NCBI GenBank assembly: GCA_016183565.1
Contig: JACPEJ010000001.1
Location: forward strand, 48,196-112,195
From: Candidatus Blackburnbacteria bacterium
GTDB lineage: Bacteria > Patescibacteriota > Microgenomatia > UBA8517 > UBA10165
Direction: 5' to 3'
DNA: 64,000 nt
Both the position numbers and the translations under genes were made by a program. Every line of letters begins with the position of its first letter. Within the stretch, counting starts at the first letter, position 1. The notes beneath the pieces are model-generated. The model was given only the letters and a program-made list of their open reading frames with translations, was not told where the DNA came from and ran no database searches. Shown here piece after piece: positions 26,354-35,719 of the stretch.

Positions 26354-27547
26354 ATGAAGACCTCGCCTAAAATACTAACTGAAATTTACAAAATAGGGGG
26401 GGAGCTCTATCCTACACGAACAAAAGGTGAGAGGGCGAGTTCTGATGTGCTAACACCTATTTTAACTTCTCGGGTGCAGACAAAAAAAGAGCTTTTAGGG
26501 GCTGAGGAACGGTTGCGGTTGGTTCTTGAGGCAGCTAGTTTAGGAACGTGGAGGTGGAATGTTGGTACTAATAAGGTTGAATGGTCTACTCGATTGGAGC
26601 TAATACACGGATTTGTCCCTGGAACATTTAAAGGAACCCTTCAGGCATATTTAAGAAGAATACAATCTGAAGATCGACAGAGTGTTGCCCAGTCGCTCAA
26701 ACAAGCAATACAAAAGGGTGCAGATCACCATGTGGAATATCGTATAGCCTTACCAGATGGAAAATATCGGTGGGTAGAAGAGTGGGGAAAATTATTTTTA
26801 GATAAGCTGGGAAAATCAAGCCACATGCTTGGTGTGTGTATGGATATAACTTCCAGGAAAGAAGAGAATAAGCAAAAAGATAATTTTATAGGCATAGCAA
26901 GCCACGAACTTAAAACTCCGCTTGCTAGTATTAAGGCATTTACTTACATACTCCAGAAACGCCTGGAAAAGCAAAATGATCAGTCGATAAACAACTATCT
27001 TTATAAAATAGATGAGAAGCTAAACACTTTAACAAAACTTATAAATGATCTTGTAGATATAACAAGAATAGGTGCTAATAAATTAGAACTTTTCAAAGAA
27101 CAATTTTTTATAGATGAATTGGTCCAAGAAGTAATACAGGATATTCAGCCAGTAACACCTCAACATACAATCACAAAGAGTGGCAAAGGGAATGTAAAAG
27201 TGTATGCTGACCGTATGAGAATTGGTCAGGTTATGGCAAATCTTTTAAAAAATGCTATTAAATATTCTCCGAATGCAAAGAGGGTTCATGTGAGTATTAC
27301 AAAAAGTCAACGTACTCTTACTGTTGGTGTGAGAGATTTTGGTGTAGGAATACGCAAAAGAGATTTAAAGAAGGTTTTTGATTTGTTTTTTAGAGGGAGT
27401 GGTCGAGAAATCAAACAAAGTACTGGTTTGGGTGTAGGTTTGTATATCTCCTCAGAAATAATTACACAACATGGTGGAAAAATTTGGACAGAGAGTACTT
27501 TTGGAAAAGGTTCTATTTTTTACTTCACCCTACCCCTTGTGAAGTAA
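26354..27547 (+). CDS. PAS-domain sensor histidine kinase
   Basis: PAS region (LEAASLGTWRWN), HisKA H-box IASHELKTPLASI, HATPase N/G boxes (KNAIKYS, GLGVGLYIS). Confidence 0.85.
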   Translation: MKTSPKILTEIYKIGGELYPTRTKGERASSDVLTPILTSRVQTKKELLGAEERLRLVLEAASLGTWRWNVGTNKVEWSTRLELIHGFVPGTFKGTLQAYLRRIQSEDRQSVAQSLKQAIQKGADHHVEYRIALPDGKYRWVEEWGKLFLDKLGKSSHMLGVCMDITSRKEENKQKDNFIGIASHELKTPLASIKAFTYILQKRLEKQNDQSINNYLYKIDEKLNTLTKLINDLVDITRIGANKLELFKEQFFIDELVQEVIQDIQPVTPQHTITKSGKGNVKVYADRMRIGQVMANLLKNAIKYSPNAKRVHVSITKSQRTLTVGVRDFGVGIRKRDLKKVFDLFFRGSGREIKQSTGLGVGLYISSEIITQHGGKIWTESTFGKGSIFYFTLPLVK

Positions 27548-27684
27548 TTTTTTCTATGTTTTCGTGAAAAGGTAATGCTTGCAAAGCTATTTTCATATGA
27601 TAACTTAAAAAGAGAACTTCGAGCACAGCTCGGGTGGAAATATTGAGCATTAGTCCTTACAATATACCTTCTCTATAAAAATCT

Positions 27685-28650
27685 ATGCAACAGCACCCTG
27701 TTCCTCAAGAGATTACATCGTATGAGTTTAGACTTGTGGGGGATATGACCCTAAAGCAGTTTTTACAGCTTGCTTCAGGAGCTGGAATTGCTTTTCTGTT
27801 TTTTGTCTCTCCTATTCCGGGTTTTGTAAAATGGCCGCTTGTTGTTTTTGCGGCTCTTTTTGGTATTGCTTTGGCTTTCTTGCCAGTTGATGAGAGGCCG
27901 TTGTCTCACTGGATTTTTTCTTTTTTTAAGGCTATTTACTCCCCTACTCTTTATGTGTGGATGCAGGGTGGGTCTGAGGGTGTATTTCAGGAAGAGGGGG
28001 TATTGCCTGTTATTATCACTCCTCAGGGAGAAGAAAAAGCTAAAAAGTATTTAAACGAGGTTCCGCAACCACAAGTTATGGCGGGGTTTGAAGAAGAAGA
28101 GAGAACTTTTTTCCAAAAAGTTCATGATGCTTTTGCTACGGAGGCTCCACAGATTTCTACTTCCTCTGTTTTTGCTCGACCAAATGATTCTTTGCAAGCT
28201 CCACTTTCTACTCCTGTAAAAGTAGAGCATACGCAAAAGACGTTTGAGCCAGTCCGTGTGGTAAAACCTGTTTATGCTCCGGTTGGTGTAAGCCCAGTGT
28301 TTGCACAACCAGTGGTTTCTACCAATGTTTCTCAGCAAGCAGTATTTTCCGTTGAAGCAGCTCCTCCAAATCCTCCGACTCAGCTAAACACTGTCGTTGG
28401 TCAGGTCTTGGCTTTGGATGGGAAAATGGTTGAGGGTGCGATTCTTGAGATACGAGAGGTTGGAGGTCTTCCAAAAAGAGCTTTGAGAACAAATAAGGTC
28501 GGTCATTTCTTGAGTGTTACGCCGCTTGAGAACGGAGAATATGAGATAGAGACTGAAAAAGAAGGTTTTGGTTTTGATGTAGTTTCTTTTAAGGCCGAGG
28601 GGAATATAATACCGCCAATACTAATTCGCGCGAAAGCTCTGGTGAATTAA
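27685..28650 (+). CDS. PrgI-like type IV secretion membrane protein
   Basis: N-terminal PQEITSYEFRLVGDMTLKQF followed by two TM helices, a pattern seen in PrgI-family proteins next to VirB4. Confidence 0.5.
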   Translation: MQQHPVPQEITSYEFRLVGDMTLKQFLQLASGAGIAFLFFVSPIPGFVKWPLVVFAALFGIALAFLPVDERPLSHWIFSFFKAIYSPTLYVWMQGGSEGVFQEEGVLPVIITPQGEEKAKKYLNEVPQPQVMAGFEEEERTFFQKVHDAFATEAPQISTSSVFARPNDSLQAPLSTPVKVEHTQKTFEPVRVVKPVYAPVGVSPVFAQPVVSTNVSQQAVFSVEAAPPNPPTQLNTVVGQVLALDGKMVEGAILEIREVGGLPKRALRTNKVGHFLSVTPLENGEYEIETEKEGFGFDVVSFKAEGNIIPPILIRAKALVN

Positions 28651-28656
28651 ATTTGT

Positions 28657-29364
28657 ATGACAAAGCCAATAACAGCTCCGACACAACACCATTTGCCGAT
28701 TGCTGACATTGCTGATGATATTGTTTTAACAAAAGATGGTGGTGCAGCTGTTGTTCTTAAAACTACGGCTCTTAATTTTTCGTTGCTATCCGATAAGGAA
28801 CAAGAGGCTGTTACGTTTGCGTATGCAGCTCTTATTAACTCGTTGTCTTTTCCGATTCAGATCTTGGTGAGGTCGCATAAAAAAGATATTTCGAATTATA
28901 TTGCTTTTTTGGATTCTCAAGCAAAAGGTCAGCAGAATAGCAAGCTTAGGGATTTAATGATTTCTTATAAGGACTTTGTCTCTCAAATTGTTAAAAAAAG
29001 AAATGTTTTGGAGAAAGAGTTTTTTATAGTAATTCCTTTTTCCCCACTTGAGTTGGGTTTGTCTGCTGATTTTCTTATGAGTTTATTGAAGCCTGGCGGG
29101 CATAAGAAAATTCCTTTTTCTAAAGACTATGTTATAAAAAAGGCGAAAACTGCTCTTTACCCTAAACGTGACCATTTAATAAGACAATCGGGGCGTCTTG
29201 GAATTCGGATACAGCAGTTAACAACAGAGGATTTAGCTATTCTTTTTGCGAAAACATATACGCCAGAAGAGGAGAAAGTAGTACAGGGAGAACAGGTAGG
29301 GGCAGGCAATACCGAAGGTAGAAAGGAGGAGTTAAAGGAGGTTAAATATGAACCCGCTGTCTAG
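28657..29364 (+). CDS. VirB4/TrsE N-terminal domain as a separate ORF
   Basis: DIADDIVLTKDGGAAVVLKTTALNFSLLSDKEQEAV resembles the CagE/TrbE/VirB4 N-domain; overlaps the next gene by 17 nt in another frame. Confidence 0.5.
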   Translation: MTKPITAPTQHHLPIADIADDIVLTKDGGAAVVLKTTALNFSLLSDKEQEAVTFAYAALINSLSFPIQILVRSHKKDISNYIAFLDSQAKGQQNSKLRDLMISYKDFVSQIVKKRNVLEKEFFIVIPFSPLELGLSADFLMSLLKPGGHKKIPFSKDYVIKKAKTALYPKRDHLIRQSGRLGIRIQQLTTEDLAILFAKTYTPEEEKVVQGEQVGAGNTEGRKEELKEVKYEPAV

Positions 29365-31360
29365 TTTGGTATCTCATATCAAAACACCGAAGAAAAACGG
29401 CGCAAAAGAAACCACACAGGTGTCTTCGATACAAGACGTGGTTGCTCCACAAAAGATTGAGGTTGATTTTGACTTTTTCAAAGTAAATAACAAATTCTTT
29501 AGAACTTTATTTGTTGCTGGTTATCCTCGTTTTGTTTATCCGGGGTGGCTAGATAGTGTTATAAATTTTGACCACTCTTTGGATTTATCCTTTTTTATAT
29601 ATCCTGTTGAGGGAAAAAGTGTTTTGGATGAATTGAGGCGAAAAATTACTGAAATGGAAGCAGAAATTGCAACAGATTTGCAGCGTGGTAAGGTAATAAA
29701 TCCATCAACACAGGTAAGGCTGGAGGATGCCAGATCGATACAGGATCAGCTGGTTAAGGGTGCTGAAAGATTTTTCCAGTTTTCCTTTTATGTTACGATT
29801 CCTGCCAATTCAATAGAGGAGCTTAACAATATAACTGCTCAGGTTGAGTCAACATTGGGGTCTTTGCTGGTTGTTGCAAGACAGGCAAGACTTAGAATGG
29901 AGGATGGTTTTTTGACAAGTGTTCCTTTGGGGATTGACAAACTTGCAATTATGCGGAATATGGATACTACAAGTCTTTCTACCACCTTTCCCTTTTCTTC
30001 TACTGAGTTATCATCGGATCGTGGGGTGTTGTATGGAATAAATGAGGATAATGACTCTCTGGTGGTTTTTGATAGATTTGGTTTGGAAAATTATAACAGT
30101 ATTTTACTGGCCACCTCGGGCTCCGGCAAGAGTTTTTCTGTTAAATTAGAAGCGTTACGTTCTCTGATGCTTGGGGTAGAGGTTTTTATTATCGATCCTG
30201 AGCAAGAATATAAAAAATTAACAGAGGCGGTTTCTGGTGAGTTTATATCATTCTCTTTTAACTCTTCAGCAAAAATAAACCCGTTTGATCTTTCAACCCT
30301 TCGGCATCCTTCGACTTCGCTCAGGACAAGTGCTCAGGGCGAGCTGTCGGCAGAGGTAGAAAATCAGCTGGCCTTAAAAATTCTTTCGCTTCATTCTTTG
30401 TTTGGGGTGATGATGGGTAAACTTAATCCATCAGAGCAAGCTCTTCTTGATAGAGCTCTTGTTGCAACATACAAAGCAAAGGGTATTACTACTTCTCAAA
30501 CACAGGCCCGCCAGCCGGACGGGCAGGCAAAGCAACCTCCTTTAATGGAAGATTTATATAAAACACTTCTGGGTATGGAGGATCCTATTGGTCGTTCACT
30601 TGCTGACAGGCTAGAAAAATTTGTTAAAGGTTCTTTTCGGGGAATATTTGATCAACATACAAATATTAATCTTGATAATCCGTTCACGGTTTTTTCTGTG
30701 CGGGATTTAGAGGAGTCTTTACGACCCATTGCAATGTTTATAATTCTTGATTTTATATGGACTCGCGTTAAACAGGACTTAAAGAAGCGAATTTTAATAG
30801 TTGATGAGGCGTGGCACATGATGCGTTATCCGGATACTGCTCAGTTTCTTTATTCTGTTGCTAAGCGTTCTAGGAAATATTGGCTGGGCCTAACAACCAT
30901 TACGCAAGACGTTGAGGATTTTTTGTCTTTAGATATTGGGAGGGCAATTGTTACAAATTCGGCTTTAAGGCTTTTAATGAAACAGTCTCCTGCAGCAATC
31001 GATAAGGTTGGAGAGGTATTTAAGTTATCAGAAGGAGAGAAACAATTGCTTCTTTCTGCTGATGTTGGTGAGGGGATATTTTTTGCCGGAGCAAATCATG
31101 TTGCGATAAGAGTTGCTGCTTCTGATCAAGAGTATAAGTTAATTACTTCTAAGCCGGCTGATCTTAAGGAAGATAAAGATATAGAAACAGATACAGATAA
31201 AGAAGCTAGGAATAATATACAGACTCGAGCCGATGCTCAGGTTAGTAGTGTTCCACCAGTAGTAAGTAATACAGAGAGCTCTACTCCTACACCGGTGGTT
31301 TCGAACAACAAACCACCTGTAAACAAACCGGTCTTTCTTGTAGAAGAACAGGAAGGATGA
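29348..31360 (+). CDS. virB4: VirB4/TraC-family type IV secretion ATPase (C-terminal ATPase part)
   Basis: Walker A ATSGSGKSF, Walker B ILIVDEAWHMM; own AAGGAGG RBS 6 nt upstream. Confidence 0.85.
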   Translation: MNPLSSLVSHIKTPKKNGAKETTQVSSIQDVVAPQKIEVDFDFFKVNNKFFRTLFVAGYPRFVYPGWLDSVINFDHSLDLSFFIYPVEGKSVLDELRRKITEMEAEIATDLQRGKVINPSTQVRLEDARSIQDQLVKGAERFFQFSFYVTIPANSIEELNNITAQVESTLGSLLVVARQARLRMEDGFLTSVPLGIDKLAIMRNMDTTSLSTTFPFSSTELSSDRGVLYGINEDNDSLVVFDRFGLENYNSILLATSGSGKSFSVKLEALRSLMLGVEVFIIDPEQEYKKLTEAVSGEFISFSFNSSAKINPFDLSTLRHPSTSLRTSAQGELSAEVENQLALKILSLHSLFGVMMGKLNPSEQALLDRALVATYKAKGITTSQTQARQPDGQAKQPPLMEDLYKTLLGMEDPIGRSLADRLEKFVKGSFRGIFDQHTNINLDNPFTVFSVRDLEESLRPIAMFIILDFIWTRVKQDLKKRILIVDEAWHMMRYPDTAQFLYSVAKRSRKYWLGLTTITQDVEDFLSLDIGRAIVTNSALRLLMKQSPAAIDKVGEVFKLSEGEKQLLLSADVGEGIFFAGANHVAIRVAASDQEYKLITSKPADLKEDKDIETDTDKEARNNIQTRADAQVSSVPPVVSNTESSTPTPVVSNNKPPVNKPVFLVEEQEG

Positions 31361-31373
31361 GAAAATAGTAAGT

Positions 31374-33308
31374 ATGGCGTTTTTCCGACGAGGTCTTTTT
31401 GGTTTTTTAGGGAAAATTGTTTTTGATATTCGTGAGAAGTTTTCTCGGAATATTATTAGACCTTATCCTTCGACAGGCTCCCGCCAGTCCGGCGGGCAGG
31501 CAGGACAAGTTCCTTCGACTCCTCCTAGACCGCCTCGACAAATTTTTCAAAAACCCAGAGAGGAAGTGGTGGTTTCGCCTCCACCAGAAAAACCCAATAT
31601 TGCCCAATGGCTGGAACAATTTAAAGAAAAGCCGACACACAGAGATACAGACACAGATACAGATACAGAAGCAGAAGTGGGCGAGGTTGGAACCTTACCT
31701 GTGTTACCTAGACGGGTTGGAGTTTTAAGAACGGAAAACGAAAAACGAAAAACGGGTGACGGAAAAACAGGTTTAGATAATGAGCTGTTATTGCTTTATA
31801 AAAGACAATCTGTTTTGGCGGATATCAAAAATTCACTTTTATCAGCAGTTCCTTTTTGGCCACAGACCAGCCTCGCGTCTAGGCAGGCCAGGCAAGAGAG
31901 AACAGAGGGGCTTTTAAGAGTTGCCTTGGAGGAGCGGGTTCGCAAAGATCCTGAGTTTCTAAATAGTGAGACATATAGACTTTTGAAGGCCAGTATTCAA
32001 CCCGTTGCAGAAGAGGTTTTAAAAGAAACTCGGTTCCTTCCTTCTGGGGTAAAAATTGTAACCCAAAGGGAGGTTGATTCCCAAAAAGAGCATATTTGGG
32101 GTTTTGACAAGGTTTTAAGGTTACAGACTGATGTACGCAAGGGTGTTATTCGAGCTGTTCATGAACCCCTTATAAGGTTTGCTTCTAGGATTTCTCCTAC
32201 TGTATCTCGTGGGGTGGCACAGGGTGTTGGGTCGATTGCGAAAAATGTTATTTCAAGTGGGGGTTTGGGGGTACGCACTTTGGCTGGGGGTCTGTTTAGG
32301 GGTGGTGGTCAGTTGGCAGTGAGGGGTTTATTTGGGTTGGGACAGGTTATTTCTAGTGTCAGTGCCGGAGCAGCAATAGGTATCTCAGGGGGTTGGCTTG
32401 TGGTTATTATTGTTCTGGTTATCGTGGGAGCTGGTGTGTTTATGATGCTTTTGGTGGGCTCTGCGATCGGTCCTTTTGCCATTCCTAGCCGAGGTGGTGC
32501 TGTTATACCAGCTGGCAACCAGTATATAAGTATAGAGAAAGTTGTTACTCCAACTACGCTTAAGAATGAGGATTTACCTTCAAAGGCTTCTTATATTATC
32601 CGGGTCAGACCCAGAAAAGGAGAGCTAACTTTTGTTGAAATTAAGGATAGTGTGGTTGCGAGTTCTAGAAGTGGAACAAAAACCTTGGCAGAAAAAACTT
32701 GGAGTGAGGCTAGTATTGCGGGTGAAAAGACTTTTGAATATTCGATTGATTTAGACCACGATCTTTCGGATTCTGTTGTAAGTAATACAGTTACTATATC
32801 TTTTACTGTCCTAGGACAGCCAGCAAGACAAAACGATTCGGTTAATCAGGCTTTGAGAATTGGAAATCCGCCTGAGGAGTGTCCAAGTGGGTGGCCAACG
32901 GATTATGGAAAGATTACACAGGGGGCTAACTCTGGGTTTACTCATAAAGGGTATGAGGCGATTGATATTGGTAATACTTCTGGTAAAAGAATTGCTGGCG
33001 CAACTATTCGCGCATCACACAGGGGCCGAGTTTCGACAAATTGTGGATCTTCGCTTTATGGAACTTGTGCTACTATAACTACGACATGTGAAGGCAAACA
33101 AGTTACAACTCTTTATGCGCACATGTTATCTCGCAGTGTAAATGATGGACAAGAAGTGATGCGTGGTGCGGAAGTGGGAAAAGTTGGCGCAACTGGAAAT
33201 GTTTATGGGTTTGATCCCAACCATCTTCATTATGAGTTTAGAAATAATGTGCTTAAGATTGTTCCGCCTTATATTCCTGTGTTCCCGGCAGTTGGGGTAA
33301 GTTGGTGA
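31374..33308 (+). CDS. membrane-anchored M23 (LytM-type) peptidoglycan peptidase
   Basis: central TM helix; C-terminal HKGYEAIDI ... LYAHM ... HLHYEF zinc-ligand motifs of M23 peptidases. Confidence 0.75.
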   Translation: MAFFRRGLFGFLGKIVFDIREKFSRNIIRPYPSTGSRQSGGQAGQVPSTPPRPPRQIFQKPREEVVVSPPPEKPNIAQWLEQFKEKPTHRDTDTDTDTEAEVGEVGTLPVLPRRVGVLRTENEKRKTGDGKTGLDNELLLLYKRQSVLADIKNSLLSAVPFWPQTSLASRQARQERTEGLLRVALEERVRKDPEFLNSETYRLLKASIQPVAEEVLKETRFLPSGVKIVTQREVDSQKEHIWGFDKVLRLQTDVRKGVIRAVHEPLIRFASRISPTVSRGVAQGVGSIAKNVISSGGLGVRTLAGGLFRGGGQLAVRGLFGLGQVISSVSAGAAIGISGGWLVVIIVLVIVGAGVFMMLLVGSAIGPFAIPSRGGAVIPAGNQYISIEKVVTPTTLKNEDLPSKASYIIRVRPRKGELTFVEIKDSVVASSRSGTKTLAEKTWSEASIAGEKTFEYSIDLDHDLSDSVVSNTVTISFTVLGQPARQNDSVNQALRIGNPPEECPSGWPTDYGKITQGANSGFTHKGYEAIDIGNTSGKRIAGATIRASHRGRVSTNCGSSLYGTCATITTTCEGKQVTTLYAHMLSRSVNDGQEVMRGAEVGKVGATGNVYGFDPNHLHYEFRNNVLKIVPPYIPVFPAVGVSW

Positions 33309-33333
33309 GTGAGAGACACAGATACAGATAAAG

Positions 33334-34314
33334 ATGAAATTTTTGCAGAAATATTGGCTGATTTTAGTTTTAGCGATTATCGCTACTGTTTTGTTGTTTT
33401 TTTGGATTCAGGGTAGGAATTCTTCGGCTCCTGCGGACGAGGTGTTGGATGCAACCCTACCCAAGATACCATATCCAGAAATAGGTGGCCAGGAAATTCC
33501 TGCTGGTGCGAGTGTTAGTATAAATGCTTTCCCTAATGCATCAGAGGCCGTGGTTTATCAGGTTACACCTATTGCTTTTAATCATCAACAAGCTTTATCA
33601 GCAGCACAAAGTTTAGGTTTTCCTGAACAACCATCTTCTATAAACAATGATGTAGTATTTGGATCTTATTACCTGTGGATGACAGAGTCGCAGACTTTGA
33701 CAATAAGACTCTCCCCTGTTGATGTTGCTATATCAAGTGATGTTTTGAATTTGAATACAGGGCAAGAATTTCCAGATGATAGTGCGGCTGTGAATTTTAT
33801 TAATGATATTGTTGGAAAGATTGGAGTTAATACTACTGGTCTAAGGTTTATACAAACGGCATCTCGAACAGTTTTTAATGACCAAGTAAAAGAGGTTGGT
33901 TTAGTTCCTGTTGTCGAGGGGGTTCCAGTTGTTGATATTAATCCCACAGCTCCAATGGTTCTCGGGCGATTTAAAGAAGATGGTAGCTTGTTCGGTTTTT
34001 CTTATCGGAGTGGCTTCTCAAGTCCTCAGAGTGCTCTGCGCTACAAAATTAAGACAGAGGGGGAAATGAAATCTTCTTTGTTTAACGAGGGCAAGATTAT
34101 GGTGCTTGGTGATCCCCAAGAAGCACCTCGTGTTTTAACACCTTCTGTTGTTAATATTGAAAAGATAATCAATTCTCTTCTTTTTTATCCACAGAAGCCA
34201 ACCATCTTGTTTCCTATTTTTGTTCTTGAGGGTAAGGCACAGACTGGAGATGGTGAGGTGCCTATAGTTATTTATATGCCGTCTGTGAAGTCGGATTATT
34301 TGGAAGGTAGATAG
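33334..34314 (+). CDS. secreted/membrane-anchored hypothetical protein
   Basis: N-terminal TM/signal YWLILVLAIIATVLLFFWI; no known motif. Confidence 0.4.
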   Translation: MKFLQKYWLILVLAIIATVLLFFWIQGRNSSAPADEVLDATLPKIPYPEIGGQEIPAGASVSINAFPNASEAVVYQVTPIAFNHQQALSAAQSLGFPEQPSSINNDVVFGSYYLWMTESQTLTIRLSPVDVAISSDVLNLNTGQEFPDDSAAVNFINDIVGKIGVNTTGLRFIQTASRTVFNDQVKEVGLVPVVEGVPVVDINPTAPMVLGRFKEDGSLFGFSYRSGFSSPQSALRYKIKTEGEMKSSLFNEGKIMVLGDPQEAPRVLTPSVVNIEKIINSLLFYPQKPTILFPIFVLEGKAQTGDGEVPIVIYMPSVKSDYLEGR

Positions 34315-34372
34315 GGTAAGTAAAGCAAGATCATTTCCTGTTGGAAATGGAAAAATAGTAAAAGAGGGAGAA

Positions 34373-35536
34373 TTAATTGTTTTGGATTCGTACTGGCATT
34401 ATGATGTGTTTATAGGTTGAATCGCTTGTGTCTTGAAATACTCCGGGGGCGGTTGATCCTTGGGTTTCTAGTGATATTGTTTCTTTGCTAACGCTATTGA
34501 AGAAATCAAGGAGATATCGATAATTGTAAGCAATTTGTGTACTTTCCCCTTCTGTTTTTGCTTCTACTGTAACTTCTTCTTTCCCATGGAGGTTACTTTC
34601 GCTGGTTATTGTTATTTGGTTTTGTTTTATGTTTAGTTTAATTATACTTGCGGATTCTCTTGCAAAAACTGCTGCTCCTTTGACTGCTCTTGCTAACTCA
34701 TCTTTTCCAGCTATTACCTTTACTGTCCAATCTTTAGGTATCACTCGGTTGTAATCTGGGAATTGGCCTTCTAGGACTCGACTTGTTAAAACCACAGATT
34801 CGCTCCCAAATAAAAGCTTACCCTCTTTTTCGAGGACTGCTACTCTGATTTTTTCTGTATCGTAATTTGCTATTTTTTCTAATTCTTCGATAACTTTTGC
34901 TGGAAGTAATACTTGCTTTCCTGAATTATTTATTTGTTTTTCTTCTTTGTTTTTGTTTGTTTCAATTTCTTTGTTGAACAAATCAGAATTTGTCTTCAAC
35001 TCCGTATATGACATTCGGAATCCGTCGGTTGCTACAGCTATCAGTCGGTCTTCTTCGAATTGAAGAAGTATTCCTGTTAGAACAGGACGAGTGTCGGTGT
35101 CGGCTGCGGCAAATGCTATTTGTTTTGCAAGTGTGGAAAGTGTTTCTTTTGTGAGGGAGAAAGTTGTAATTGGTAGCTCAGAAGGTACGTTTGGGAACTC
35201 TGCTGCGGGAATACCAGCTATTGAGGCTGAAAAATCTGCGGTTGATATTTCTAGATGTCCTTTTTTTTCTTCTAGCTCTATTTTTCCTGGACGAAGATTA
35301 CCTATAATTTCGCTTAAGATTTTGGCGGGTATGGTTATATCTCCTGGTTCTTGTACTTTTGCGCCGATGCTTGCTGATATTCCTATTTCTAAGTTTGTTG
35401 CTGATATTTGAAGTTTTCCTTCTTGGGCTTTTAGAAGTATATTTCCCAGTATCGGAATTTGGGCGCGGGAGGAAACAAAGCGTGATGCTAGGGTTATTTT
35501 TTGTAGAAAATCTTCTTGAAGTACTGAAATTTTCAT
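34373..35536 (-). CDS. dnaN: DNA polymerase III beta sliding clamp
   Basis: MKISVLQEDFLQKI...PILGNILL N-terminus and three-domain length; directly downstream of dnaA. Confidence 0.9.
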   Translation of the reverse strand: MKISVLQEDFLQKITLASRFVSSRAQIPILGNILLKAQEGKLQISATNLEIGISASIGAKVQEPGDITIPAKILSEIIGNLRPGKIELEEKKGHLEISTADFSASIAGIPAAEFPNVPSELPITTFSLTKETLSTLAKQIAFAAADTDTRPVLTGILLQFEEDRLIAVATDGFRMSYTELKTNSDLFNKEIETNKNKEEKQINNSGKQVLLPAKVIEELEKIANYDTEKIRVAVLEKEGKLLFGSESVVLTSRVLEGQFPDYNRVIPKDWTVKVIAGKDELARAVKGAAVFARESASIIKLNIKQNQITITSESNLHGKEEVTVEAKTEGESTQIAYNYRYLLDFFNSVSKETISLETQGSTAPGVFQDTSDSTYKHIIMPVRIQNN

Positions 35537-35657
35537 TGTGTTTAAGGTATCACAAGCATTGTGACTATTACAAGTGTTCGTTTTCTCTTTTTATTAATTG
35601 TTGTTGTTGTAGATATTGTTGAAAAGTGTAAAAGATGCTTAAAAAGCTTTGTTTTAT

Positions 35658-35699
35658 TGTGGATATGGGCTTGTATTGTTTCTGGATAAAGTTGATGCA
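35658..35699. promoter_or_regulatory. DnaA boxes in the dnaA-dnaN intergenic region
   Basis: TGTGGATAT (reverse complement ATATCCACA) at 35658-35666 and TTTTCCACA at 35691-35699. Confidence 0.55.
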
Positions 35700-35719
35700 C
35701 TTTTCCACAGGGTGTTTGG

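Noticed and set aside
28657-31360. Simple sequencing frameshift as the explanation for the split VirB4
   Set aside because: Not rejected outright, but the downstream part has its own strong AAGGAGG RBS and ATG, which favours a genuine two-gene arrangement. Read-level data are needed.
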